Notes under the pieces: generated by a model
What the model saw: only the letters and a program-made list of their open reading frames with translations
Database searches by the model: none
What the model was told of the DNA's origin: nothing
Part shown: positions 1 to 10,586 of the stretch, in pieces
Layout: every line of letters begins with the position of its first letter
Numbering within the stretch: the stretch's first letter is position 1
Assembly (NCBI GenBank): GCA_050014495.1
Contig: JBEKDF010000006.1
Coordinates: forward strand, 31,115-95,114
DNA: 64,000 bases
Source: Candidatus Bathyarchaeia archaeon
GTDB lineage: Archaea; Thermoproteota; Bathyarchaeia; TCS64
Direction: 5' to 3'
Translations under genes and position numbers: made by a program

Positions 1-933
1 CTAACACTGGGTGAATTGGTACTCTTCGGAACATACTTCACCCAACTGGTTGGGCCCGTTAGGATGTACGCCCGCCTAATTGATTTCTACCAGGATGGAC
101 TTGTAAGTGCCCGACGCGTCTACGAAGTCATAGACATAGGCAGGGACGTGCCAGAGGCAGAGCACCCAATAACTCTACCTCGCCTAAAGGGAGACATCGA
201 GTTCAGGAACGTATCCTTCAGCTACGGGACAGCCGAGACCCTGAAGGATGTGAATATTAAAGTCGAATCGGGAGAAAAAGTCGCGATAATCGGCTTCGTC
301 GGCTCGGGTAAGAGCGCGTTGACGGAGCTTGTGCCACGGTTCTATGATGTGACGGCTGGCCAGGTCTTGATCGATGGCTTCGACGTCCGCGAGGGATCAT
401 TAAAATCTCTCAGGAGCCAGATCGGGATAGTTCTTCAAGACATATACATATTCTCAACCACAATCAAGGAGAACATAACATTCGGTAAACCAGATGCCAC
501 AGATGAAGAGGTCATCGCAGCCACGAAAGCTGCGCAGATCCACGATTACATATCCTCTCTACCAAAGGGATATAACACCGATGTAGGGGAGAGGGGACTA
601 ACACTCAGCGGAGGCCAGCGGCAGAGGGTGGCAATCGCTAGGGTGCTACTCATGAACCCATCGATCCTCATACTTGACGACTCGACCAGTAATGTCGACG
701 CGGAGACGGAGGTTCTCATTCGGAAGGCTATAGATGCACTTTTGGAGGGTCGAACCGCGTTGATAATTACTCAGCGTGCCTCTACATGTGAGAATGCTGA
801 CAAGGTCGTTGTGGTCGATGAGGGGCAAATCGCCGCCATTGGCAAACACGATGAGCTACTAAAGACGAGTGAAAAGTATCGGAGATTGATTGAGTCACAG
901 ACTCTCACCATGGACCAGGAGGCTGATGACTGA
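1..933 (+). CDS. ABC exporter subunit (TMD-NBD), 5'-partial; degenerate-site partner of a heterodimer
   Basis: Frame open from base 1. Walker A GFVGSGKS, signature LSGGQ, non-canonical Walker B ILDDS (D for E) and switch TQR (Q for H). Confidence 0.93.
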   Translation, partial: LTLGELVLFGTYFTQLVGPVRMYARLIDFYQDGLVSARRVYEVIDIGRDVPEAEHPITLPRLKGDIEFRNVSFSYGTAETLKDVNIKVESGEKVAIIGFVGSGKSALTELVPRFYDVTAGQVLIDGFDVREGSLKSLRSQIGIVLQDIYIFSTTIKENITFGKPDATDEEVIAATKAAQIHDYISSLPKGYNTDVGERGLTLSGGQRQRVAIARVLLMNPSILILDDSTSNVDAETEVLIRKAIDALLEGRTALIITQRASTCENADKVVVVDEGQIAAIGKHDELLKTSEKYRRLIESQTLTMDQEADD

Positions 934-2804
934 TGGCTGAATTTGCAGGCAGATACGATGTAGGCTCCTTAGAGTCGACGCAGAGGAAGTTCACTGACTG
1001 GCAGTTGGTCAAGAGGATAGTCAAGGATTACATGTTCCGACACAAGCCTCTTGTCGGCGGAGTCGGCATCATCATAGTGCTGAAGACAATCCTAGTTTTG
1101 GCTGGACCTTACATCTACAAGGTTACCCTTGATAACTTCATTAGCAACCAACCCGAAGCAAACGAGCAATGGCTCGTAGGAATAATTCTAGGCATCTCGT
1201 CATTCATCAGCAGCGGATCACCCACAGCTTGGACAAACATAGCCTCAGCTGGGCTAGTCTACGTGGGAGTGGGCGTTCTGCTCTGGATCATCATGAGCCT
1301 TCAGGAGTATTACATCAACAAACTCGGATTCCATATGATAGCCGACATAAGGTCAGATTTCTTCAACCATCTAGAGAAGCTGAGCCAGAACTTTTTCGAA
1401 TACGGTAACACGGGTAAACTAGTCTCAAGGGTCACGAATGATGCGGAGGCCATGAGAACACTTGTCTCCTCCGGCATGATCGGCGTCGTCGCCGACTTGT
1501 TGACAGCCGTAGCGATACTGGTGACGATGTTCTTCCTGGACGTCCAACTCGCCCTAGTGGCGATAGCATTGGCACCGATCATAGCGCTTGTGACAAGGAC
1601 CCTGAACAAGTTCGTACGCGACAGGTGGAGGGTAGCTAGGCTCAACATAGCCTCCATGACAGCTAAGGTTCAGGACCTCATGTACGGCGCCAAGGTGACC
1701 AAGGCTATGGCTCAGGAGGAGAGGAGCTTAACCGACTTCAATGTGGTGAACCAAGCTAACGCCAAGGCACAGATCAGGGCCGAGGTGACTGCCAATATCT
1801 ATGAAGCAACCGTCGGCTTCTTCACGGCGATTATCAGCAGCCTCATTTGGTTTGTTGGAGGTCAACAGGTCGTCGCCACGGTTAGGAGTCTCGGTGACCT
1901 GGTAGCCTTTGTCCAGTATAGTGACAGCTTCCTTACCCCCATTAACAATATCAGCACATTCTACGGCGGTATCCAGGCTGCATTAGCAGGTGCAGAGAGG
2001 ATCTTCGTTGTGCTGGACATCAACCCAGAGGTCAGTGAGGCACCCGATGCCGTCGAGTTCCCCGAGGGTGATGGAATCATAGAGCTAAGGGACGTGAAAT
2101 TCAGCTACGTCAAGGATCAGCCAGTCCTCAAGGGGATAAACATCAAGACTAGACCGGGGGAGCGACTCGCCATATTTGGACCCACTGGATCAGGTAAGTC
2201 CAGCATAATCAACCTCGTAGGCCGTTTCTACGACCCGGACGCTGGTGAGGTGCTGATAGACGGGCTAGACCTCAAGAAGGTAAAGCTAAAATCGCTCCGC
2301 CACAAAGTTGGCATAGTCCTCCAGGAACCCTACCTCTTCCAAGGAACACTAAGATACAACCTCAAATTTGGTCGACCGGAGGCCTCAGATGAGGATATGC
2401 TAAGGATCACAAAGCTCGTAGGCATCCACGACCCCATAATGAAGCTACCAAATGGTTACGATGAGGAGGTTCGCGAGAGGGGAAGCAACCTAAGCTTCGG
2501 CCAGCGCCAGCTAGTCTGCCTAGCACGGGCCCTCATAGTCGACCCGAAGATACTCATACTCGACGAGGCCACCAGCAGCGTCGACCCATACACCGAACAA
2601 CTCATCCAGAATGCACTGAAAGCCGAGATGGAGAACAGAACCATCCTCATAGTCACGCACCGCGTCAGCACTGTACGGGATACTGACCGAATCATCGTCC
2701 TCTATCAGGGTGAGGTCCAAGCTGAGGGAACCCACTCACAACTGCTAAAGAAAAACGAATTGTACAAGCGCCTATGCGAGATGCAGCTCGTAAAAATTTC
2801 TTAA
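933..2804 (+). CDS. ABC exporter subunit (TMD-NBD), TM287/288-like heterodimer partner
   Basis: Six TM segments, GPTGSGKS, degenerate signature LSFGQ, canonical ILDEATS and THR. TGATG stop/start overlap with the upstream gene. Confidence 0.95.
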   Translation: MAEFAGRYDVGSLESTQRKFTDWQLVKRIVKDYMFRHKPLVGGVGIIIVLKTILVLAGPYIYKVTLDNFISNQPEANEQWLVGIILGISSFISSGSPTAWTNIASAGLVYVGVGVLLWIIMSLQEYYINKLGFHMIADIRSDFFNHLEKLSQNFFEYGNTGKLVSRVTNDAEAMRTLVSSGMIGVVADLLTAVAILVTMFFLDVQLALVAIALAPIIALVTRTLNKFVRDRWRVARLNIASMTAKVQDLMYGAKVTKAMAQEERSLTDFNVVNQANAKAQIRAEVTANIYEATVGFFTAIISSLIWFVGGQQVVATVRSLGDLVAFVQYSDSFLTPINNISTFYGGIQAALAGAERIFVVLDINPEVSEAPDAVEFPEGDGIIELRDVKFSYVKDQPVLKGINIKTRPGERLAIFGPTGSGKSSIINLVGRFYDPDAGEVLIDGLDLKKVKLKSLRHKVGIVLQEPYLFQGTLRYNLKFGRPEASDEDMLRITKLVGIHDPIMKLPNGYDEEVRERGSNLSFGQRQLVCLARALIVDPKILILDEATSSVDPYTEQLIQNALKAEMENRTILIVTHRVSTVRDTDRIIVLYQGEVQAEGTHSQLLKKNELYKRLCEMQLVKIS

Positions 2805-2986
2805 ATCAACTCATTCTCCCAAGTGAATGCCTGCATCGAACTTTCCGTAAATAGCTCCTACTCACATTTTCCTTTGAAATTTAGAGAATAATTGAGTTGT
2901 TTTTCAGATTTGAGCCATTATCGCACCCGAGAGTCGACTTAAGGCTTATCACGACTAAAGAAGTCTACACCTGAGAGGAAACCAGC

Positions 2987-4219
2987 GTGATCAATGTGGA
3001 GCACAAGAAGCAAATATTTAGGAAGGTTGAGGAGAGCTTCGCTGAAGAAACGGATCTATTAACTCGACTCGTGAAAACGAGAAGCATCATAGGGTACGAA
3101 CAAAACGCTCAGAAGCTCTACGCTGAAACCTGCCGCAATCTAGGACTCAGCGTCGAGATGTTCACTCCGGACAAGAACACCATCAAAACCCACACAGCAT
3201 ACACACCGATAGACCTCGACTACACTGGAAGGGAGAACATCATCGCGGAGCTGAGGGGAGCCGCTGAGGGTCGATCCCTCATCATGGGAAGCGACATCGA
3301 CGTCGTCTCACCCGAGCCCACGCCCATGTGGACCCATGACCCATGGGGCGGAGAAGTTGTGGGAGACAGACTTTATGGATGAGGGGCAGCTGATATGAAG
3401 GCCAGCCTTGCAGCCAACATCTATGCACTCAAGGCCCTGCTTGACCTAGGTCTAAGACCTAGAGGTAAGGTGACCCTGGAGAGCACGATAGAGGAGGAGC
3501 TAGGAGGCAGCGGAGGCACATTTGCCTGCTTAATGCACGGTGTAATCGCCGATGGCTTACTGATCACTGAACCATCAGAAGAGAATATCTACGTCACACA
3601 CCCCGGCATCAGGTACTTCCGAGTCACCGTGTATGGGAAAACGGCCCATGCCGCCTTCTCACACACCGGATGCGCGCGCGCACTCGACATCGAGAGAGCT
3701 AAAAGACTCTTTTACCCACTCGTCGAGAAGCAGACGGGCAGGTCATGCAACCTCTCCATGGGTAAGATGCAGGCAGGCGACTGGGTGTCAACAGTCGCCG
3801 GATTGGCGACTCTTGAGTGCAGGGTAGGCTTCGTACCTGGTGAGACTCGCCAAGGCGTCGAGACTGAGATCAAGAAGACCATACGAGAAGCAATCAGGAG
3901 AGACACGTGACTTGAAGAGAAGCCCCTAAAAATAGACTGGTTCGGATGGGACACAGATCCATGGATGGAGCCCACGGACTCAAAGTTTGTCAAGACCCTC
4001 CAAGAAGCAGGTAGTGAGGTCTATGGTGAAGCACCCGAGCTCACCGGGGCATCCGGTGGACTCGATGCACGCTTCGGCCACTACTTCGGAGTACCATCTC
4101 TCTCCTACGGGCCCATGGGAGCTAACTACCATGGCGTCGATGAATACGTCGATCTGCCTTCACTCATGAGGGCGACGAAGACATTGGCTCTCTTCATCGC
4201 CGATTGGTGTGGACTATAA
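2987..4219 (+). pseudogene. ArgE/DapE-like M20 metallopeptidase, disrupted
   Basis: One reading frame with in-frame TGA at 3380-3382 (YG*GAADMK, normally YGRG) and 3908-3910 (DT*L, likely W). Metal-ligand His replaced (GSDIDVV vs NGHIDVV). Apparent internal deletion at 3671-3682. Confidence 0.85.
3671..3682. repeat. Perfect 12-bp alternating palindrome TGCGCGCGCGCA
   Basis: Read directly; lies at the apparent deletion junction in the M20 pseudogene. Confidence 0.9.
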
Positions 4220-4345
4220 GTAACGTCATGCATACACGAACATCTTCGTGCTCCCAAAGACATTTTACACAGGCTGCGTTGTGCTCAAATTTTTGTGAGC
4301 AAGATAGGACAATCAAAATGTCGTTAGTTCTCATGGACCCGATCA

Positions 4346-4882
4346 CTAAGCTCTCTTAAACCTCTTCTCCTTCAAAGATGTCACGAAAGCATCCCCCCAG
4401 ATGTGGAGCAAGGGCTTCGCGAGCTCCACGTCAATGACATCCTGGAACATCTCATCTCGAGCATCCGACTCGAGCACCTCCCCAATGATCCAAACGCTCC
4501 TCTCACTCATTGGGACGTTACTCCTCATCCTGCACTCAATCCAGCCATACGCCTCAGCGATTCGAGGGGGCTTTACCCTTAACGCCTTGGCCTCGGTGAG
4601 ACCACACATCTCGACCTCACTGACCTCATAAGGCCAATCCCTCTCCATCTCTTCCATCAGGGGCCCGAATTCTTCTCCCACCAAGTTGACAATGAACTCT
4701 CTATTCAGCTTGATGTTTCGCCACGTGTCGTGATCAACCTCACAGCAGAAACCATAGAGTGGTGTGGGTCGGGACGCCATTGGGGAGGAGAAGCTGAAGG
4801 GAGCAGCGTTTGATATGCCATTTCCAGAGATGGTTGTTATCACTACTGTGGGTCGCGGTATCAATCTGTAGAAGTCCTTCAT
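4346..4882 (-). CDS. Flavin reductase-like FMN-binding protein
   Basis: PRPTVVITT, NAAPFS, DTWRNI...EFIVN, PPRIAE...IECR motifs. Confidence 0.88.
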   Translation of the reverse strand: MKDFYRLIPRPTVVITTISGNGISNAAPFSFSSPMASRPTPLYGFCCEVDHDTWRNIKLNREFIVNLVGEEFGPLMEEMERDWPYEVSEVEMCGLTEAKALRVKPPRIAEAYGWIECRMRSNVPMSERSVWIIGEVLESDARDEMFQDVIDVELAKPLLHIWGDAFVTSLKEKRFKRA

Positions 4883-5007
4883 TCTAATTCACTGTCATTG
4901 TGTAAATTGTTTGAAGCTAAAATAGTTCTACTTTGGTAGATCGTGCGAGTACAAAGATCGCCTTCTTTTTTTTGCTTAAATTAAATTGTATAAAATAGGT
5001 TTTGTTT

Positions 5008-5424
5008 CTAATTAGGCTGACTTGTTAGGAAATCCCAGATCTTCTCCGTTAGAGTCCTCTTAGAAAATTGGTGAAGTAAATCGGTCGAATTGATTATACC
5101 TATTACCCCCCCATTCTCCTCGACTGGCAGCCGCCTTATCCTCTTCAACAACATGAACCTAGCTGCATCCTTAATCTCCATATCAGCATCTACGGTGATC
5201 AGGGGCTTCGACATCACCTCCTCGACCTTCGTCGTATTTGGTAGATTCTCCGCTAGGACCCTTCGAATTAGGTCCCTCTCGGTAATGATACCCTGGGCCC
5301 AAGATCCTACGTAGACTATGAGGCTCCCGCGACCATAATCTTTCATCAGGTTGGCTGCCTCTACAACCGTCTTACTTGCATCTATAGAGACGATTTTCTT
5401 AGCCACGTCCTTAACTGTCGACAT
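5008..5424 (-). CDS. CBS domain pair protein
   Basis: Tandem CBS motifs (GIITERDL, VMSKPLIT, IRRLPV, GII). Start placed at ATG 5424 behind GAGGAG. Confidence 0.9.
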   Translation of the reverse strand: MSTVKDVAKKIVSIDASKTVVEAANLMKDYGRGSLIVYVGSWAQGIITERDLIRRVLAENLPNTTKVEEVMSKPLITVDADMEIKDAARFMLLKRIRRLPVEENGGVIGIINSTDLLHQFSKRTLTEKIWDFLTSQPN

Positions 5425-5480
5425 CTCCTCAACAATGAAATAATGGTGCTGGTGATTAATAATATTAGTATTGAGAATTA

Positions 5481-5605
5481 ACACATGCACACACGCGCGT
5501 AATTGCTCTATCGCGCGCGCAAATGTATACCAATTATATTGACTCGGCTATGAATGGGTTTAGAATATTAGACCTAAAAACAGATGTGAGATTCGTGCGC
5601 GCGCA
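5481..5605. repeat. Cluster of three alternating purine-pyrimidine tracts
   Basis: ACACATGCACACACGCGCGTA (5481-5501), CGCGCGCGCA (5512-5521), CGTGCGCGCGCA (5594-5605). Confidence 0.85.
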
Positions 5606-5752
5606 AGAGGATTAGGACAACATGATTCGCAACCAATGTTACTCTGTCGCCCGCTTGCAAAGTAAGTGTACAATTCTGAGAGTACTCGATCTATAGAACT
5701 CATCTAAAGGAATCACCAAACTTTTAGCCTCGTAGATTCTCCCATAGCAAGC

Positions 5753-6934
5753 ATGGCGCAAAGTCGCTACAACCTGACCTACATCGTTCTTTGCGTGATT
5801 GCTATCCTCGCGATGTTTAGCACACAGCTGATCAATCCACTTTTAGCGATTTACGCTAAACAGATAGGGGCTGTGGGTCTATGGATCGGCCTCTCCGTCT
5901 CTGCTTACTGGGTCGCTAGGGTTCTCCTTGAGATTCCCAGCGGCTTCATCTCCACAAAGTTTGGTTACTATCTGCCCATGGCGGTCGGCCTCTTACTTAC
6001 CGCTGTCGGCAACATCCTCTGCGCATACGTTGTTGACCCGTTTCAGCTCTTCCTCGCGAGGGTGCTTATGGGGATAGGTGCCCCACTCTTCTTCGCGGTT
6101 TCAATGACCCTGATAATCAACATGTTCTCGATTGAGCGGAGGGGGAGTGCGATGGGGCTCTTCCAGGGAATCGAGTTCCTGGGAAGCACGCTTGCCTCGA
6201 CTTTCAGCGGCCTTATCATCACGGGTCTTGGCTTCGTAGGCGCATTCTTTCTCTCAACGGCTATGGCGGTGGTCGGCTTATTTCTTTTGATGCTACCCCA
6301 TCTGCGTAAGGATATCAAGACTCAACCAACATCGACAAGCATTAAACTCTCTACACTTCCCAAGGTTCTGACTAACAAGTGGCTTCTGATCGTCTGCGCT
6401 GTGACGCTAATGAACTTCATGCTCTACCAGGGTGTCCTCTTTACCACATTCCCGCTTTACCTGAACGAGATCCTGAAGATGTCGCTCACCGACATAGGTT
6501 TCGTCCAGGGAGCGAGGTCGGCAGGTTATGTACTCTCAATGTTATTCATGGGTATTATCTCCGATAGAATAGGGAGGAAGCCGATCATACTCTTCGGGGC
6601 ACTCGGTACCGCTATAATGAGTGTTGTCCTGAATTACGCTGTAGGATTCACCGCGATTGCTGTTGCCATGTTCCTAATCGGAATTACCACTGGTGCTGTG
6701 TGGATTATTTGCCCAGTAATCGCAGCGGAGCTCGTTGACTATGACCAAAGGGGCGCCGCGGTCGGGACCTATCGTACATTCTTCGACGCTGGCTCAGTGT
6801 TTGGTCCCATACTCATGATTTGGGTTGTTGGGGTCTATGGGAATTCAATGTCCTTCTTCCTCTCAGCGATACTCTTACTGGTTGTCTTCGTCCCATGCTT
6901 TTGGCTGAAGGAAACCAGGAAAGCTCTAGCATGA
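5753..6934 (+). CDS. MFS transporter
   Basis: 12 hydrophobic segments; motif A-like ISDRIGRK; RRGSAMG. Confidence 0.92.
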   Translation: MAQSRYNLTYIVLCVIAILAMFSTQLINPLLAIYAKQIGAVGLWIGLSVSAYWVARVLLEIPSGFISTKFGYYLPMAVGLLLTAVGNILCAYVVDPFQLFLARVLMGIGAPLFFAVSMTLIINMFSIERRGSAMGLFQGIEFLGSTLASTFSGLIITGLGFVGAFFLSTAMAVVGLFLLMLPHLRKDIKTQPTSTSIKLSTLPKVLTNKWLLIVCAVTLMNFMLYQGVLFTTFPLYLNEILKMSLTDIGFVQGARSAGYVLSMLFMGIISDRIGRKPIILFGALGTAIMSVVLNYAVGFTAIAVAMFLIGITTGAVWIICPVIAAELVDYDQRGAAVGTYRTFFDAGSVFGPILMIWVVGVYGNSMSFFLSAILLLVVFVPCFWLKETRKALA

Positions 6935-7070
6935 GGTAAATAGTATGCCATTGGCGAAAGTGGGGTTGTGTTAATCATCGAGATCGATTTTCGTTTGCTC
7001 AGCCGTTGTATGCGCGCAACGCGTTGATGTAATCATTGAAGGACAGTTTTAAAAAAAATATTAAACAAGA

Positions 7071-7475
7071 ATGTGGGTCGATTTGGTAAAGAAAATAGGT
7101 CACATCATAGTCCTCGTCAAGGACCAGGACGAGGCAGCGCGGTTCTATACCGAAAAACTTGGCTTCGTTAAACGTCAAGACAATTTCCTTGGCCCAGGAA
7201 TGCGTTGGGTCACGGTGTCTCCGAAGGGGCAGATGGATCTCGAACTTACATTCGTGAAGGCGGAGACCGAGGATTACCTGAAGATAGTTGGTAGGCAAGA
7301 CGCGGGTCACGTTCTTTTCACTCTCGAAACTGATAACTGCAAACGAGACTTCGAAGACATGAGGTCGAAGGGTGTAAAGTTCCACGGGAAACCCACGCGT
7401 CAGATGTATGGGATTGATGTTGTTCTAGAAGACCTCTACGGTAACCTGCTTGACTTAATTGAACGTACAGGGTAA
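7071..7475 (+). CDS. VOC/glyoxalase family protein
   Basis: HIIVLVKDQDEAARFYTEKLGF and EDLYGNLLDLIE patterns. Confidence 0.9.
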   Translation: MWVDLVKKIGHIIVLVKDQDEAARFYTEKLGFVKRQDNFLGPGMRWVTVSPKGQMDLELTFVKAETEDYLKIVGRQDAGHVLFTLETDNCKRDFEDMRSKGVKFHGKPTRQMYGIDVVLEDLYGNLLDLIERTG

Positions 7476-7553
7476 TGAAAACTCGGTCGCGCGAGTAGCT
7501 CGAGTTGTTCCTTATGTTATGTCACTATTAACTAACGATCACTGACTATCGTG

Positions 7554-8662
7554 CTAGCTGTACCTTGTCTTTGATGGCATCATCGCCAGTATTACCAACT
7601 TAGCTATTTGTGTGGTTGATAGGAAGAGGAGGATTAGTGTTGGATTGATCCCCCAGAGGTAACCGCCGATGATGGGGGCTGCGAAGCTTGTCACTCCAGC
7701 AAATTAGCCGAGGACGCCGAACCACGAGCCGAGAAGTTCCCTTGGCACGAGCTCCACCGTTATTGAGCTCTCAGTGACCCCCGCGAGCATGGTGAATCCA
7801 TTGAAGGCACCCGCAGCTAGTAGTGCTATGTCGCTTTGCGCAGTTCCTAATATAAGTAATCCGAGGCAGTAGATTGGAGTCAAGGCGCGCGCGTGCTAGC
7901 GCCCTTAACCTGTCTTGCGTAAAGCGGAATGTAGAAACTTATGTACCAAGGTATCGACATAAGCATATAGTAGAAGAGCCAACGTCTCACTTTGACGACT
8001 TCTCGAAATACTCTATGCAGACCATCTTTGAGAATTGTGTCGTCGGTTATCTGGGGAATTGCTGGGTTTTGAAATTGCCTGAATATGACTAACAAGGCGA
8101 TGAGTATTCCTACCGTGCTGATCCAGAATAGGGGTCTTATTCCCTGGATGGTGAGTCCTCCTAGGTAGCCTATAATAATCGCTGCTACTACTGGTGCGAA
8201 CAGGCGAGGAATCGCTGCGACGGTGTCGCAAAGCTGCATGCCAGTAGTTCTCTCAACGCTTTTGAGGCAGGCACCGCAGACCATTGGACAGACGTTATTT
8301 GAGATCAGTATCGCTATTGATGTGAAGAGATAGGCAAAAGCAGTGATCTGCCAACTCCCTGCGAGCCCAATTATGGAGTAACCGATGGCGAAGATTAAGA
8401 GGGAGGCCATTATCATCTTTTTGATGCCTTGACGGTCGGCGAGCAGTCCGAAGGGTATTGAGAGTATTGTGTTGGCTACTCCACCTAGACTCGCCAGATA
8501 ACCGAGTTGGATTGCTGAGGCTCCTAGTAATGTGACGTAGATGGACTGATATTGTTGGGTTAATCCGATGGAAGTGTTGAGTAACATGTTTTTCAGGATG
8601 TTTACCTTGAATGGTTTTTGCTGTTTAGTCAGGAATCGAAGAGATTTTAATATAATTGACAT
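7554..8662 (-). pseudogene. MFS transporter, disrupted (deletion/frameshift plus nonsense)
   Basis: First ~7 TMs intact to ...RQVKGAS. Frame changes at the GC tract 7885-7896. The downstream frame reads LTPIYCLG...ITVELVPRELLGSWFGVLG*FAG...SKTRYS* with an in-frame TAA at 7704-7706. Confidence 0.85.
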
Positions 8663-8764
8663 TCAGGATTTACCTCCGCCATGTACGTATAATCTATCCC
8701 GTGGTGCATTCTAAATTATAACCTAGAACTATAATTATAGCGCGCGTGGTAAGGGAAAGTCTGT

Positions 8765-9898
8765 ATGAACCCGAGGGAAAGAGTCGTTGAAGCCCTTCAA
8801 CACAGGCAACCGGATAGGCCGCCAGTCGATCTCGGCGGAACAGTGTCCGGGATCCATAACAAGGCATATAGCAACTTGATTCAAGCCCTCAACTTCGATC
8901 TCAAGATAAGGATTGATCCACGAGATGTTCAGCAACTAGCGAAACTTGATGAGGTTGTCCTCGAGAGACTCGGAGTTGACTTCCGACACGTTTGCCTTAG
9001 ACCGGTTCCTGGCCCGGGTGGAATAGAGCCAGATGCCTCGGGTAGACTTTATTTCGTCGATGAGTGGGGCATCAAGTGGGGAAAAAACCCGAACTACTAT
9101 GACATGATCGACCACCCACTGAAGGACGCCGGAATCGATGACCTAGATGAGTTCGACTGGCCTGACCCAAGGAACCTCATAAGGTTCAATGGGCTAAAAG
9201 AGGAGGTGGAGCACCTCTACCTCAGAACCGATTACGCCATCCAAGCAGATGCATTCTTCGGAGGAATATACGAATGCGCGTGGTGGCTCAGAGGCTTCGA
9301 GACATTCACTGTGGATATGTATAGGAGGCCTGAGTTCACCCTGAAATTTCTTGAAAAGATCTCCAAGCTCTACATGGAATTCTATAGTAAATATCTGGAC
9401 GTCGTGGGGCCGTTTATCCAGGTAATCGATTACAATGATGACCTGGGGATGCAAACCGGCCCCATAATTTCGCCAACTATGTTCAGGAGATACTTGAAGC
9501 CCAGATATCTGGAGCTGTTCAATTTAATCCGAAACAAGACGAAGGCCAAGATATTTCTTCACACGTGTGGCTCTGTTTACCTATTAATCCCCGACCTCAT
9601 GGATATTGGGCTCGATATCCTGAACCCCATCCAGCCATTAGCGACGAAAATGGACATAGATACGCTGAAAAAGGACTTTGGTGAGAGACTATGCTTCCAC
9701 GGGGGGATAGACATACAGAGGCTACTCCCCAACGGTTCCATCGAGGATGTGGAGGCTGAAGTGAGGAGAGTGGCTCGTGTTGGAGGGAAGGGGGGTGGGC
9801 TCATTCTGGCTGGGGCTCACAATATCCAGTCAGATGTCCCTCCACAAAACGTCCTTGCGATGTTTAAAGCCGCGGGAAGCTACGAAGCTTCCCCATAA
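8765..9898 (+). CDS. Uroporphyrinogen decarboxylase/MtaA-like methyltransferase family protein
   Basis: MNPRERV...PDRPPVD start, DEWG, DDLGMQ, HTCG Zn motif, GGIDIQ; adjacent to a corrinoid protein. Confidence 0.9.
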   Translation: MNPRERVVEALQHRQPDRPPVDLGGTVSGIHNKAYSNLIQALNFDLKIRIDPRDVQQLAKLDEVVLERLGVDFRHVCLRPVPGPGGIEPDASGRLYFVDEWGIKWGKNPNYYDMIDHPLKDAGIDDLDEFDWPDPRNLIRFNGLKEEVEHLYLRTDYAIQADAFFGGIYECAWWLRGFETFTVDMYRRPEFTLKFLEKISKLYMEFYSKYLDVVGPFIQVIDYNDDLGMQTGPIISPTMFRRYLKPRYLELFNLIRNKTKAKIFLHTCGSVYLLIPDLMDIGLDILNPIQPLATKMDIDTLKKDFGERLCFHGGIDIQRLLPNGSIEDVEAEVRRVARVGGKGGGLILAGAHNIQSDVPPQNVLAMFKAAGSYEASP

Positions 9899-9913
9899 TT
9901 GGATGTGTTTGAT

Positions 9914-10555
9914 TTGGAAAAGCAAAAAATATTAAGAGAGATCAGTGAGGCAGTCACTAACTTCGATGCCGAGAGGGCCACGGAGCTTTGCAGAGTCGCA
10001 ATCAGGATGGGAGTACCTCCTTACGAGATAATAGTCAACGGAATGGCGAAGGGAATGGAGGTAGTCAGTAAGAAGTATGAAAACGGGGACTACTTCCTCT
10101 CCGAACTCGTGATGGCGGGGGAGACGATGAAACACGCACTCGAGGTGGTGGAACCTCACTTCATGAAGGATGGTGAGAAACCGAGGGGTACTGTGGTCAT
10201 AGGCACAGTTCAGGGGGACCTCCACGACATTGGCAAGCACATCTTTGGTAATTTGCTGAGGGGAGCTGGATTCAAGGTAGTTGATCTAGGGTTCGACGTT
10301 TCTCCAGCCTCCTTCGCCAATGAGGTTGAAAAGACTAAGCCACAGATCCTCGGGATGTCAGCCCTGATAACGACCACTATGCCGAGTATGGCTGACACAA
10401 TTGAGGAGTTGAAGAGAAGAGGTCTGAGGGAAGGTTTGAAGGTGATCCTCGGAGGAGCGGCTGTGGATAACGCGTACGCCACTGCAATCGGGGCCAACGC
10501 CGCTGCGAGGGACGCCATTGAGGGCGTCTCCATCTGCAAGGAGTGGACTAAATAG
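9914..10555 (+). CDS. Corrinoid (B12-binding) protein, MtaC-like
   Basis: Cap helices plus DLHDIG, GMSAL, GGA. Start uncertain (9899/9905/9914). Confidence 0.92.
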   Translation: MEKQKILREISEAVTNFDAERATELCRVAIRMGVPPYEIIVNGMAKGMEVVSKKYENGDYFLSELVMAGETMKHALEVVEPHFMKDGEKPRGTVVIGTVQGDLHDIGKHIFGNLLRGAGFKVVDLGFDVSPASFANEVEKTKPQILGMSALITTTMPSMADTIEELKRRGLREGLKVILGGAAVDNAYATAIGANAAARDAIEGVSICKEWTK

Positions 10556-10586
10556 GGAGAACAAAATTAATTTCTAGAATTGCCCG

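Noticed and set aside
3380..3910. TGA recoding (selenocysteine or TGA=Trp) in the M20 gene
   Set aside because: The two TGAs replace different residues (Arg, probably Trp), neither Cys. TGA ends many intact genes here, and the gene has other lesions.
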